Assembly (NCBI GenBank): GCA_963737265.1
Contig: CAVTRY010000011.1
Location: 576,001-640,000, forward strand
Direction of reading: 5' to 3'
DNA length: 64,000 nucleotides
From: an uncultured delta proteobacterium
GTDB taxonomy: Bacteria; Myxococcota_A; Polyangia; Fen-1088
Numbering within the stretch: the stretch's first letter is position 1; every line of letters starts with the position of its first letter. This document shows, piece by piece, positions 53,138 through 64,000 of the stretch. The translations under genes and the position numbers were made by a program. Below the pieces are notes generated by a model. The model had not been told where the DNA came from. It did not search any database and worked only from the letters and a program-made list of their open reading frames with translations.

Positions 53138-54613
53138 TCAGGGAAGCGACATCTCGCCGGTTGCCACGAAGATCCCGGCGTCGTCTTTGCCCCGGACAAA
53201 GGCCGCCAGTTTTCGCGTGCCCGTGGGGATCCCGATCGTTTCCGGTTGGCCCGCGCGCAGGAGTGGCGCCGCGATCTCCTTGCGTGAGCCCGCCGCATCC
53301 TCGGCGAAGACGTGCAGGGGGATACCGACGGCGAGGGAGCCGCGCAGGCCTTCTAGCGTCGCGGTGGCCTCGGCCCCGGTAACGGCGAGCTTGATGCTCG
53401 TGCGTAAAAGGTGGTCGACCAGGCCGGCGGCGTAGGCCTCTATCTCGGGCAGCCATCGGCGCGCGCTGTCGGCATGCACGGCGCGGTCGAGGAAGAAGTG
53501 AACCCGGCGGCCGGTGCACTGATAGGCCAGCACGCGAATCCCGTCGCGCAGCACATAGCGCGTTCGCTGCGAGGGACGTACATCGAGCCCGGCGACCTTG
53601 GGCTCGGGAAACACCAGCGACTGGTTGGCGATGGCCACGGCGTCCGACGGCGTATCGTTGGGAGCGAAGACAAAATCCTGCGGCAGGGTCCCGGGCGAAA
53701 AGAACTGCTGCTGGGTGAGCTGCGCCAGGCCCTTGCCGTCGCCGGCGACGAAGAAGCTTTCGAGGTTGGGCCGTGGCACCGGGGATGCGGCGGCCGGCAA
53801 GGCCACGGCGCCGAAGCTGTCGGCTACGAAGCGCTCGAGCTCGGATCCCGAATCATGCGCCAGAAACTCGCCGCGAAAGTCGTTGCGCACGAAGGCCGGC
53901 TGGCCGAGGTCCTCCAGCACCGACACCACGCCGCCCAAGGCCAGCAGAGAGCGCACGAGCGCGGTCTCGCGCTCCTCGGGTCGTGCGGCAGCCACGGAGC
54001 GCTCGAGGCCCTCGAAGAACCTCGGCAAGCCAAGATCGTTTTGCGGCGCCCACAGCCAGTCGAGGGCGGACATTCCTCCGAGCGCAGGGGCCAGACCGGT
54101 GGCGACATCGCGCACCGTCGCACCATCATCCAAGACCAATCGAACGGCATGAACCGTTCCCGAAAGCCCAGGCCCGTCGTCGAGCCCTTGCCGTTTGTTC
54201 GGCTCGAAAAAATGATGGCGGCCGAGCTCGGGCGGCGTCTTTGCCAGAACCGCACCCGCCTTTACCCAGGCGCCGGCCGTTGCCATGCCGTCGCTGGTCG
54301 GACGATAGCCGTCCGCTGGATCGAGGGCCTCCAGACGATCTTTCAGGCTTCGCATGGTGTCCACGTCGAGCGTGGCTGCATCCAGGCGAAGAGGTTCGAG
54401 CGAGCCCAACGGCCGGCCCAACTGATGGGCGAGCGCGGCGTGAAACTTGGACGCCGCGAGCGCGCGCTCGGTCAGGCCGGCGTGCGTGGTGGCGGGATCC
54501 CAGGCCAGCGCCGGCGAGCTGCCGGCCAGAGCCAATGCCAACGCGCCGAACGCGGCACCGTGCCGGGCAATGGCGAGTAGGCGCTTGAGCGTGGCTTTCG
54601 CGATCGACCTCAT
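53138..54613 (-). CDS. Secreted hypothetical protein, possibly phospholipase C/P1-nuclease-like fold
   Basis: Signal peptide ending ALA, then mature N-terminus WDPATTH; RHHFF; EDLGQP. Confidence 0.6.
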   Translation of the reverse strand: MRSIAKATLKRLLAIARHGAAFGALALALAGSSPALAWDPATTHAGLTERALAASKFHAALAHQLGRPLGSLEPLRLDAATLDVDTMRSLKDRLEALDPADGYRPTSDGMATAGAWVKAGAVLAKTPPELGRHHFFEPNKRQGLDDGPGLSGTVHAVRLVLDDGATVRDVATGLAPALGGMSALDWLWAPQNDLGLPRFFEGLERSVAAARPEERETALVRSLLALGGVVSVLEDLGQPAFVRNDFRGEFLAHDSGSELERFVADSFGAVALPAAASPVPRPNLESFFVAGDGKGLAQLTQQQFFSPGTLPQDFVFAPNDTPSDAVAIANQSLVFPEPKVAGLDVRPSQRTRYVLRDGIRVLAYQCTGRRVHFFLDRAVHADSARRWLPEIEAYAAGLVDHLLRTSIKLAVTGAEATATLEGLRGSLAVGIPLHVFAEDAAGSRKEIAAPLLRAGQPETIGIPTGTRKLAAFVRGKDDAGIFVATGEMSLP

Positions 54614-55728
54614 GGCTTGACCTTGTCGCCGGTGGTGGACGCGGGCGCTGGATTGTCGCCGGACGATCGCAGCTCGCCCATGTGGCTTTCCACGAGCTTG
54701 GCAAGGCGCAAAATCATCGCGGTTTCGGTGCATTGGGAGGTACCGCAGCTTATTTGCACCACCAGGCCCTTTTCCCGCAGGAGAAAGGCCAGACCCCAAA
54801 CCTCGCCGCCGTGGGCGCGCAGCGACCGGTCGCCGATTTCTTCGGTGGGAACCGCGGCGGGTAGCTCTCCGGTCAACTTCCGGAACTGCGTCTCCGCACC
54901 TGCCGGCCCGAGCGCCCAGACCCGCACGCCCACATCGAACGCCTCGGAAGGCTTGCCCTTGGCCTTGAAATGGCGGCTGTCGTACACGTCGCTGCGCACC
55001 CGATCCATCAGCCGGCCCACCTCGAACTCGCCGGCGAAGCCAGTCACGCCGCGCACCTCCTCTACCGACAGTAGGGGTGAGACGTCGAGCATGCGCGCGG
55101 CCACAATGGCGGCTGTTTCACCGGGAAGCTCGACCACGCGAGGAGCCGCCAAGCCCTCGTACTCGAGACTGGCCGGCTGAACCTCCCAGCCGGCCGCCTT
55201 GGCAATCGCTTGGCCGCCGCCCACAAACGCGAGGTGGCGGCGGTGCTCAAGGGTGTTTTGCCACTTTTCCAGCCGGACCCTGTTGGCGTGCTGGCTGAAA
55301 TCATGGCGGGCCTCGCCGCTCGGAAACTTGAAGTCGCTGCGGTATCCGACGTAGCCGCGGCGGTAGACCACCAGGGTAAAGCGGCGCAGACGCATGGAGC
55401 CACCGCTTGGCAAGTCTTCCGGACCGGGAATCCGATATCTGCCATCCGCCGAGGTCTCGACGCTGAAGTCGCGCGAGCCGGCAGGGCCGCGCAACCCGAT
55501 TCCACGCTCGAAACCCCAGCCCCCAAAGACCGTCGCGCCCGCGATCGGCCGGTCGGTCTCGGCATCGACCACCACGCCGTCGAAGGGACCAAGAAGGTCG
55601 CCCGCCTCGATGGTATCGGGACGCACTGAAAATGGAGCGTTCTCGACAATCGGGCCACACGACGAGAGGGCGATGGTCGCCCCCGCCACCAGGAGAAATA
55701 TCGCGCAGCTGGGTTCTCGCTTGCACAT
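54610..55728 (-). CDS. Lipoprotein with carboxypeptidase-regulatory-like domain
   Basis: Lipobox LSSC; GVVVDAETDRPIAGATV...TSADGRY. Confidence 0.72.
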   Translation of the reverse strand: MCKREPSCAIFLLVAGATIALSSCGPIVENAPFSVRPDTIEAGDLLGPFDGVVVDAETDRPIAGATVFGGWGFERGIGLRGPAGSRDFSVETSADGRYRIPGPEDLPSGGSMRLRRFTLVVYRRGYVGYRSDFKFPSGEARHDFSQHANRVRLEKWQNTLEHRRHLAFVGGGQAIAKAAGWEVQPASLEYEGLAAPRVVELPGETAAIVAARMLDVSPLLSVEEVRGVTGFAGEFEVGRLMDRVRSDVYDSRHFKAKGKPSEAFDVGVRVWALGPAGAETQFRKLTGELPAAVPTEEIGDRSLRAHGGEVWGLAFLLREKGLVVQISCGTSQCTETAMILRLAKLVESHMGELRSSGDNPAPASTTGDKVKP

Positions 55729-55984
55729 ACAACTGCCCTTGCCGGTCCACGTCGACGATCTCCGTCGCTGAAAATTGACGCTGTCCGGAATCGCTGGTAA
55801 GAATAGAGTCACTGTGAATGGCCGGGCGCCTTAATCCCGGTAGGGCGGTGATGGTGCCGCCAGCCTTCTAGTAGAGGATTGGTCGTCTTGCAATGCTTCT
55901 CAGGTCTCCGCCCAATCTTTCCGCTTCTTGTCTCGTGTGGGACGAGACTAAGATAGCAACCACGACCCCCAAAGCCGACCCAAG

Positions 55985-56890
55985 ATGCTGACCTGTTTTC
56001 AGTGCGGTGGCGTAGTGGCTGACGGTACTGCCTTCTGTCAGCGGTGTGGTGCATCCGTGGGTGGCGCCACCGGCGGGGGATCGGCGCTGATCTGCTCGGG
56101 TTGCGGCAACCGCAATCCCATGGACACCAATTTCTGTTTCGCCTGCGGTCGGCGTCTCGGTCACACCACGCCCATGAGTGCGGACGCGTCGGCGGCGCTG
56201 GCCGCGGCCGTCGTCGCGCGTCCGTCGCTGGCGGCCGCCACGCGAACCACCGGCGCGCACCTGGTTGCAGTACGCCGCGACGGCAGCGACGGCGAGTCGT
56301 ACGCCCTGGTGGGCGAGCAAATCGACATCGGCCGGACCGAGGGCGACCTGCGTTTCGACGATGCCCACCTGGCCGAGCGGCACGCCCGCGTTTCCTTGCG
56401 CGCCGGCCAGTACGTCATCACGCCCCTTGAAACCCGCAACGGCGTCTACATTCGCATCACCGGTCCAGTCGAGCTGCAGGATGGCAGCTGCATCCTTGTC
56501 GGCAAGCAGGTGCTGCGTTTCGAAACGGTTCCGGACGCCGAGAAGACCGTCCGCCCCGCGGTCGAGCACGGCATGATTCTCTTCGGGACGCCGCTCAAGT
56601 CGCCATGGGGCCGACTGCGCCAGCTGACCTCGGCGGGGACCAGCCGGGACGTCTATCACCTCACCCGCAGCGATCTCATTCTTGGGCGCGAGCAGGGCGA
56701 CATCGTGTTCTGCGACGACGAGTTCATGTCGCGACGCCACGCCCTCCTTCAGTTTCGCGGCAACCGGGCGATGATTTCCGACCAAGGTAGTTCCAATGGC
56801 ACCTACGTTCGATTGACCGGACAGCACCCCCTCGACCCAGGCCAAATGATCCGACTCGGCGATGAGCTCTTGCGCTTCGAGCCAGGTTAG
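55985..56890 (+). CDS. Double zinc-ribbon and tandem FHA domain protein
   Basis: Four CxxC pairs; FHA1 IGR...HA...TRNGVY; FHA2 LGR...SRRHA...SSNGTY. Confidence 0.88.
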   Translation: MLTCFQCGGVVADGTAFCQRCGASVGGATGGGSALICSGCGNRNPMDTNFCFACGRRLGHTTPMSADASAALAAAVVARPSLAAATRTTGAHLVAVRRDGSDGESYALVGEQIDIGRTEGDLRFDDAHLAERHARVSLRAGQYVITPLETRNGVYIRITGPVELQDGSCILVGKQVLRFETVPDAEKTVRPAVEHGMILFGTPLKSPWGRLRQLTSAGTSRDVYHLTRSDLILGREQGDIVFCDDEFMSRRHALLQFRGNRAMISDQGSSNGTYVRLTGQHPLDPGQMIRLGDELLRFEPG

Positions 56891-56943
56891 GGCGAAGCTG
56901 TTGTCACACACACCGAACACCACGACAAGTAACAGCTAGCGGG

Positions 56944-58182
56944 ATGGAAAACTCCTCGGACATCAAGATCGCAGTGTTCGGCAAGACCGACGTCGGCCTC
57001 ATTCGCGAGCACAACGAGGACAACTTCCTTGTCGCCGATGTGGACACCGGGCTGCGAACCTCGTCGCTCGACGAGGTTGTGCAATTCACCCTCGGTCCCA
57101 AGGGCGCGCTTTTCCTCGTCTGCGATGGCATGGGCGGCGCTGCCGCAGGCGAGGTCGCCTCCACCATGGCCGTCGACTCCATCTCCAGCGCGATGGAGTC
57201 AGGCGAGGTAACCACGCGCGAGCGCTACGCCAGGTGTCTACGGCGGGCCATCGAGCGCGCCAACGAAAGGATCAATGCGCAGTCGCGCCTCAACCAAAAC
57301 GAACGTGGCATGGGCACCACATGCACCGCAGTCGGGCTGGTGGACCGCACGCTTCTCGTAGGCCAGATCGGGGACTCGCGTTGTTACGTCCTGCGCTCCG
57401 GCCAGCTGGCCCAGATCACCAAGGACCAGTCGCTGGCCTGGCAACTGATCGAAGCCGGAGCCATGACCGCCGAGGAAGCCAAGAGCTTTGAACACGCGAA
57501 CATCATCCTGCAAGCTTTGGGCGTGCAGGATAAGGTGGATGTCGTGCTGTCCCACGTGCCGATTTGCCGTGGCGATGTGGTGCTGGTTTCGTCCGATGGG
57601 CTGCACGGTCCGGTTGCTGACGACGAAATGAGAGACATCCTGATGGCGGAGCCGGACCTCAAGAAGGCCTGCGACGCGCTTATCGCCAAGGCACTCGACC
57701 GCGAGGGCCCCGACAACATCACCGTGGTCTTGGCGCGCTTCAACGGCGAAGGACTTCCCGAGCCGGAGCCGGGGACCGCGGTTGCCTTCGCGTCCTTCGA
57801 TCCGGGACTCGACCCCGACGATCCCGAACCGCCCAGAAGAACGATTCCTCTCACCGGCGACAAGGTTACCGAAGAGGTGCCGATTCGCCCCGATTCCCTG
57901 GACTCCACAAGTCCAGGTGCCATGCCCACCACCTTGGTGAATCCCAGCGCCTCCACACCGAGCACCACGACCGAGACCAAAACCGCGGGCGAGGCGACCT
58001 CGCGCCCCTTCCTGACCTTCGTGCTCGTGACTCTGCTTGCCGCCTTGGGCGGTGCACTGTTCCTGGCATTTCAGGAGACGAATCTGCCCGATCTCCCCTC
58101 GGCCCCCGCGCCGCGCACCAGCCCGTCCCCCGATCCCGCCCCGCCGTCAACCCCATCCCTCAATCGGCCCGATGCCCATTAA
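56944..58182 (+). CDS. PP2C (PPM) Ser/Thr protein phosphatase with C-terminal TM
   Basis: TDVG..R.HNED, VCDGMGG, MGTT, GDSR.Y, SDGL and DNIT motifs. Confidence 0.92.
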   Translation: MENSSDIKIAVFGKTDVGLIREHNEDNFLVADVDTGLRTSSLDEVVQFTLGPKGALFLVCDGMGGAAAGEVASTMAVDSISSAMESGEVTTRERYARCLRRAIERANERINAQSRLNQNERGMGTTCTAVGLVDRTLLVGQIGDSRCYVLRSGQLAQITKDQSLAWQLIEAGAMTAEEAKSFEHANIILQALGVQDKVDVVLSHVPICRGDVVLVSSDGLHGPVADDEMRDILMAEPDLKKACDALIAKALDREGPDNITVVLARFNGEGLPEPEPGTAVAFASFDPGLDPDDPEPPRRTIPLTGDKVTEEVPIRPDSLDSTSPGAMPTTLVNPSASTPSTTTETKTAGEATSRPFLTFVLVTLLAALGGALFLAFQETNLPDLPSAPAPRTSPSPDPAPPSTPSLNRPDAH

Positions 58183-58192
58183 CCGATAGCCC

Positions 58193-59449
<1,257 letters not shown>

Positions 59450-59786
59450 CGGCACGCACTGTTCGGGCGGATTCAGTTTTGGCGGTGCTGGCGGCAACCC
59501 GGGCAGCTACACGGGCGTACCAGGGGCGGCCGGAGGCATGTACGCGGCGCCGGGCGGATTCAGTTTTGGCGGCGCCGGCGGCTCCGGGGGAATAAGGGGG
59601 ACGGGCGGAACCCTTTACGCCGCGGGCGGATTCAAAGATGCCGGCTCGTCAGGTGGCGGCGGCGCCATCGATTCCGGGTCGGCGGATGTGAGTGAGAGCG
59701 AGTCCGGCGTGAGCGCAGATGCGCCTATTTTCGAGGCAGGTGCTGCCTCGACGGAGGGCTCCCCCGATGGAAAAGCGGATCGGTAG
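59450..59786 (+). pseudogene. Gly-rich repeat peptide frame (candidate radical SAM substrate), apparently 5'-truncated
   Basis: Open frame ...THCSGGFSFGG..SYTG..GGMYAAPGGFSFGG..GGTLYAAGGF..DAG..IDSG..; CGGGCGGATTCA repeated at 59464, 59551 and 59623; no well-placed start codon after the kinase stop. Confidence 0.55.
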
Positions 59787-59845
59787 CCGATGGCTCCCGG
59801 CAATGCAGCAGCTCGGTCCGGTCGTGGGCCCGGAAGCACACGTGC

Positions 59846-60987
59846 ATGATTGAGGTCCTGGAGCAAGTCGGATTCTTCCCTCACACGTGTGTGTGGGAAT
59901 TGACCCTGGGGTGCAATCTGCGGTGCAAGCACTGCGGTTCCATCGCCGGCAGCCAGCGTTCGGCCGAGCTTTCGCTCGATGAGTGCCTCCGCGTGGCCGG
60001 CGAGCTGGTGGCGCTGGGGTGTCAACACATCACCTTGATTGGCGGCGAGGTAATCCTGTACCCAGGCTGGCACGAGGTGGGCAGACGACTGGTCGAGCTG
60101 GGAGCGCAGGTCAACAGGATCTCGAACGGTATGACCTGGTCACCCAAGCATGTCGAGCAAGCCAAGGCCGCCGGCTTCTGCGCGGTGTCTTTCAGTGTGG
60201 ACGGTTTCGAGAAAGAGCATGACGAGGTCCGGTCGCCGGGATCGTTCCAGCGGGTGGTGCGGGCCATCGACATGACCGTGGCGGCTGGCATGCGGACCGC
60301 GGTGAACACGACCATCAACCGGCTTAATTGCGGCCTACTTCCGCGGCTGCGGAAGTTCTTGTGGACCGAGGGGTTTCCGCCTGGCAGGTCCAGCTAGTCA
60401 CCGCGGCGGGGAATATGGGACAGCACCATGAGCTGCTCTTGCCGTCGGAATACCTGTTGTGGCTGGTGCCTCAGATCGCTGAGATGTGCCGGATCCTTTG
60501 CCCAGAGTTCGAGATCTACGTCGGCCACAACATCGGATACTTCGGCAATCCCGAATCGGCACTCCGCGCTGCAGACGTTGCGCTGCCTTTCTGGCTCGGC
60601 TGCCGAGCCGGTTGCCAGGCGATCGGGATCGAAAGCGGCGGGGACGTCAAGGGCTGTCTATCCTTGCCCTCGTCGGCGCACGGCGAGAGCCGGTTCGTCG
60701 AAGGCAACCTGAGAGCGAAGAGCCTGCGCGACATCTGGAATCGCCCGGAGGCTTTCGCCTACAACCGACGCTGGAAAGTAGATCAGCTGGGTGGATTCTG
60801 TCGGGTCTGCCGCTTTCGCGATGTGTGTCGCAGCGGTTGCAGCTGGGGTACCTGGGCTCAGGGAGGAGGCGGAAACGAGCATTGCTTCTACTACCAGGCC
60901 GTCAAGCACAAGCGCTTCGCTCTGCTCGCCGAGGAGCCGACCGCGGCAGAGACCGCCTACTTCGCCGGACATCGTGAGCCCGGTTGA
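59846..60987 (+). CDS. Radical SAM/SPASM peptide maturase, PlpX(splicease)-like (apparent frameshift near 60360)
   Basis: VWELTLGCNLRCKHCGS (CxxxCxxC), LIGGE, SVDG, NIGYFG, W.GCRAG...GIE..GDVKGCLSL and CRVCRFRDVCRSGC...C; split between ORFs 59846..60397 and 60328..60987. Confidence 0.85.
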
Positions 60988-61040
60988 GGCGCCATCGTCG
61001 TAGTGATCGCCGTGGCGATCTACTTGCTTGGCCGATAGCG
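60988..61040 (+). repeat. Direct repeat copy B (displaced kinase 3' end; attR-like), overlapping the terC stop
   Basis: Encodes GAIVVVIAVAIYLLGR* versus the kinase end GAIVVVVGVAIYLLSR*. Confidence 0.88.
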
Positions 61041-61946
61041 CGCGACCAGGGACGCAAAGGTGGCGATGGCCAGCACGCCGAGCACCACGATCAGCGACAA
61101 GGCAACCGGGATGGTCAGGAACGGCCCGAGCACGATCTTGACGCCGATGAAGGCCAGCACGGCGGCGATGCCGTCGTTGAGATAGGCAAGTTTCTGAGCC
61201 AGGCCCGCCACCAAGAAATAGAGCGAGCGCAAGCCCAGGATGGCGAACACGTTGGAGGTCAGCACGATGAAGACATCGGTGGTCACGCCGAAGATGGCCG
61301 GAATCGAATCCACCGCGAAGGTCACGTCCACTGCCTCCACCACGACTAGGACGGCAAGGAGCGGTGTCGCCCAAAGCTTGCCATCGCGCCGAATCGTGAA
61401 ATAGGGCCCGGTATCGTCGTCGGCAACGCGCACGAACCGGCGAAACAGGCGCAACACCGGGTTGCGCGCCGGATCGACGTCCGCATCTTTCTGGAGCACG
61501 ATCTTGACCGCGGCGTAAATGAGAAACGCGCCTAAGCCATAGAGAATCCAGTGAAAGCGACTGATAGCGGCGGCACCGACGGCGATGAATGTCCCGCGCG
61601 TGATGACCGCGCCGAGGATGCCCCAAAAAAGAATTCTGTGCTGAAAGGCGGCGGGAACGCGGAAGTAGGAAAAGATCAGCAAGAAGACGAACAGGTTGTC
61701 CGCCGACAGCGCAAGATCGAGCAGGTATCCCTGCGTGAATTCCAGACCCTTCGCCGTGCCAAAGCGATGAAGGACGAACCCGTTGAAGGCGCCCGCCAGG
61801 ACGAACCAGATGCCCACCCACAGACCCGCCTCGCGCATGCCCAACTCTCGCGCCCGGCGGTGAAAAAGTCCGAGATCCGCGACCAGGGCAGCCAGCACGA
61901 CGAGAGAAAAGATCCCCCACGCCATGGGCGTGCCGACTGAAATCAT
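61020..61946 (-). CDS. terC: TerC/Alx family membrane protein
   Basis: LSADNLFVF, QHRILFWGILGA, FAVDSIPA and SNVFAILGLRSLYF motifs. Confidence 0.92.
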   Translation of the reverse strand: MISVGTPMAWGIFSLVVLAALVADLGLFHRRARELGMREAGLWVGIWFVLAGAFNGFVLHRFGTAKGLEFTQGYLLDLALSADNLFVFLLIFSYFRVPAAFQHRILFWGILGAVITRGTFIAVGAAAISRFHWILYGLGAFLIYAAVKIVLQKDADVDPARNPVLRLFRRFVRVADDDTGPYFTIRRDGKLWATPLLAVLVVVEAVDVTFAVDSIPAIFGVTTDVFIVLTSNVFAILGLRSLYFLVAGLAQKLAYLNDGIAAVLAFIGVKIVLGPFLTIPVALSLIVVLGVLAIATFASLVARYRPSK

Positions 61947-62200
61947 GGCGGCGCCTTGGCCGGCAGCTCGATACGGGCCTTGAGCGGGCTGTCCGAGCGT
62001 CGCCCGGGGGGCGCGACCTGGAACGCGCTCGACATCCAGCCCGCGATGACCAGGGTCCGTTGCCTCAAATAGATGATCCCGGAGAGCGCGGCGAGCAGAA
62101 CCACCACGCGGTAGAAGGTCCGCTTGGGCATCGAGGCAAGAATGCCCCGACGTGGAATCTCATCATCTTCGCCAAGCGGCCGATCGTCCTTGGGCTCCAT
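61943..62200 (-). CDS. Small hypothetical membrane protein
   Basis: 85 aa, one TM helix, translationally coupled between recJ and terC. Confidence 0.6.
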   Translation of the reverse strand: MEPKDDRPLGEDDEIPRRGILASMPKRTFYRVVVLLAALSGIIYLRQRTLVIAGWMSSAFQVAPPGRRSDSPLKARIELPAKAPP

Positions 62201-62202
62201 GC

Positions 62203-63903
62203 TCAGGATAGACTTCTCATGAAATGGCGCAAGCGCAAGCGAATCCTGCGCTGACCCCGAAACGCATCCACCTCGGCGATGCCGATAACATCGAGCTTCG
62301 CCCCCTGACCGGGATCCCTGTTCCCCATGCCGAAGGCAATGGCCTCGCTGACCGAACCGCCGTGGGTCAGGGTCAGCTGCAAATGCGACGCTCCGACCAC
62401 GCGTGTGCTCATGGCCACCACGCCCGGCACGACGATGAGCGGCTCGTGGTTGGCGCTGCCGAAGGGACCCAAGCGTTCCAGCTCTTCGGCCTGGATCATG
62501 TCCAGCTCCGCGAGGCTCGCAATCGCGTCGACCTCAACCATGCTCTCGCCTGGGGTCGCCGCGAAGAAGTCATGCGCGACAGCTACAAAGGCCGCGCGGA
62601 AGGCGCCGAGATTTTCCACCGGCAGTGACACCCCGGCAGCCATGGGGTGGCCGCCGAAAACCGTAAGGTGTTTCTCGCATTGGGAGAGGGCCCGGTAGAG
62701 ATCAAATCCCCCAAGCGTACGCGCCGAGCCCCTGCCCTGGCCAGCATCGAAACCAATCACGACCGCCGGTTTGCGGAACTTCTCCACCAGCTTGGCGGCC
62801 ACGATGCCGACAACGCCCTGGTGCCAGCCTTCCTGGCCGAGAACCAGAGCTGGATCGGCGCCATGCTGTTCGGCCATCGCCGCTGCTTCCGACCAGATGC
62901 GCTCTTGAATGTGTTGCCGCTCGCGATTCAAGTCGTCGAGCTTCGTCGCCAGCTTGCCCGCCGTGCTGGCGTCGTCCGCCAGCAGCAGCTCAAACGCGCG
63001 CTGCGCATCTCCCAACCGGCCGGCGGCATTGAGCCGCGGTGCCAGGCGGAAGCTCACATCCTTCGTCCCAAGCGGTCCAGCCTCCAGGTTGGCAATCTCG
63101 GCCAGCGCCGCGATGCCGGGCCGCCGCTTGGCCGAAAGCTCGCGCAGGCCGGCGGCGACCAGAATGCGATTCTCATGGGTCAGCGGCACCAAGTCGGCGA
63201 TAGTCCCGAGCGCCACGAGATCGAGCAACGATCGCGGGTCGAGCACGTCGCCTTTCGGATTCCCATCGGCACGCAGACGGGTACGGATGGCCGCGGCCAA
63301 GTAGAACGCCACCCCGCAGGAGGCCAGGCCTTTGAAGGAAAATCCATCGTCGCCACGATGCGGGTTGAGCAAGGCGAAGGCGTGGCTTGCGCCGGTGGGC
63401 ACGTGGTGATGATCGATGACGATCACGTCGACTCCTCGACCGCGGCAGAGAGCTAGCGATTCATCATCGCTGGTGCCGCAATCGCCGGTCAGAACGAGCG
63501 AACAGCCCTGGTCGACAAACTCAGCCGCGGCACCGGGCGAAAAACCGTAGCCAGAAGCACGCTGTGCCATGCGGGCCACGACTTCGAGCCCAAGCGATCG
63601 CAGCGTGAGCACGAGAATAGCCGCGCTGGTGATGCCGTCCACGTCGTAGTCGCCGAAGACGGCGACCTTTTCTTTCCCTGCCATTGCGCGAAAGATTCGA
63701 TCGATGGCCCGATCCAGATCCGCCATTCCCACTGGCGCCCGCAGGTCAGCCAGGCGGGGGGAAAGAAAGCCGGTCGCGCTCTGGGTGGTGGAAAATCCGC
63801 GGGCGGCCAGAATTCTGGCCGTCAGCCCACGCATCCCCAGATCGGCAGCGATGCCCCGCGCACTGACTTCGTCCGCGGGTCTCACGCGCCAAGCGTCGGC
63901 CAT
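62203..63903 (-). CDS. recJ: Single-stranded-DNA-specific exonuclease
   Basis: GDYDVDG, DHH, LGTIADLVPL, PRLNAAGRL, GSAR, GGH and PFGSAN.EP motifs. Confidence 0.95.
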   Translation of the reverse strand: MADAWRVRPADEVSARGIAADLGMRGLTARILAARGFSTTQSATGFLSPRLADLRAPVGMADLDRAIDRIFRAMAGKEKVAVFGDYDVDGITSAAILVLTLRSLGLEVVARMAQRASGYGFSPGAAAEFVDQGCSLVLTGDCGTSDDESLALCRGRGVDVIVIDHHHVPTGASHAFALLNPHRGDDGFSFKGLASCGVAFYLAAAIRTRLRADGNPKGDVLDPRSLLDLVALGTIADLVPLTHENRILVAAGLRELSAKRRPGIAALAEIANLEAGPLGTKDVSFRLAPRLNAAGRLGDAQRAFELLLADDASTAGKLATKLDDLNRERQHIQERIWSEAAAMAEQHGADPALVLGQEGWHQGVVGIVAAKLVEKFRKPAVVIGFDAGQGRGSARTLGGFDLYRALSQCEKHLTVFGGHPMAAGVSLPVENLGAFRAAFVAVAHDFFAATPGESMVEVDAIASLAELDMIQAEELERLGPFGSANHEPLIVVPGVVAMSTRVVGASHLQLTLTHGGSVSEAIAFGMGNRDPGQGAKLDVIGIAEVDAFRGQRRIRLRLRHFMRSLS

Positions 63904-63916
63904 GGCGGGCCCCGAT

Positions 63917-64000
63917 CTAGGTCTCTGCCGCTTCTTCTTCGTCCCGCCGCGCGGGTCGGCGCACGTTCCGTTCGGGCCGCGAAGCCTGGCGCTTCTGCAG
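63917..64000 (-). CDS. 3' end of an upstream gene (identity not determinable)
   Basis: Frame LQKRQASRPERNVRRPARRDEEEAAET* ends 13 nt before the recJ start. Confidence 0.45.
   Translation of the reverse strand: MQKRQASRPERNVRRPARRDEEEAAET

Noticed and set aside
63917-64000. Calling the partial gene secF from its position before recJ
   Set aside because: Only 27 low-complexity residues are visible, so there is no sequence support.

Overview
GC-rich bacterial chromosome segment, very likely Myxococcota (Polyangia/Haliangium-like). The evidence for this is a MYXO-CTERM-type sorting signal, PEGA and FHA proteins, several Ser/Thr kinases, and a kinase-sigma54 activator fusion. Most of the window is housekeeping: tyrA (partial), nadD, namZ, lipB, rpmB, ridA, hemE, gap, folD, bamA-lolD-lolC/E-lysS-prfB (with programmed +1 frameshift), a full phoB-phoR-pstSCAB-phoU locus with two Pho boxes, terC and recJ. 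Notable non-core structure: (1) a ~1.5 kb cassette (59452-60987) bounded by a 53-bp duplication of the 3' end of a Ser/Thr kinase gene, carrying a PlpX/splicease-like radical SAM-SPASM enzyme and a Gly-rich peptide frame with repeated Y-A-A motifs instead of the canonical YG; (2) two ~145-bp MITE copies, each with its own 8-bp target duplication; (3) three apparent pseudo-enzymes (Mrr-like, Ddl-like, CpaF-like); (4) a small acidic ORF inserted antisense inside the pst operon. Four single-base frameshifts in three genes look like sequencing or assembly indels. No rRNA, tRNA or CRISPR array was seen. All family assignments come from motif recognition by eye, not database searches.
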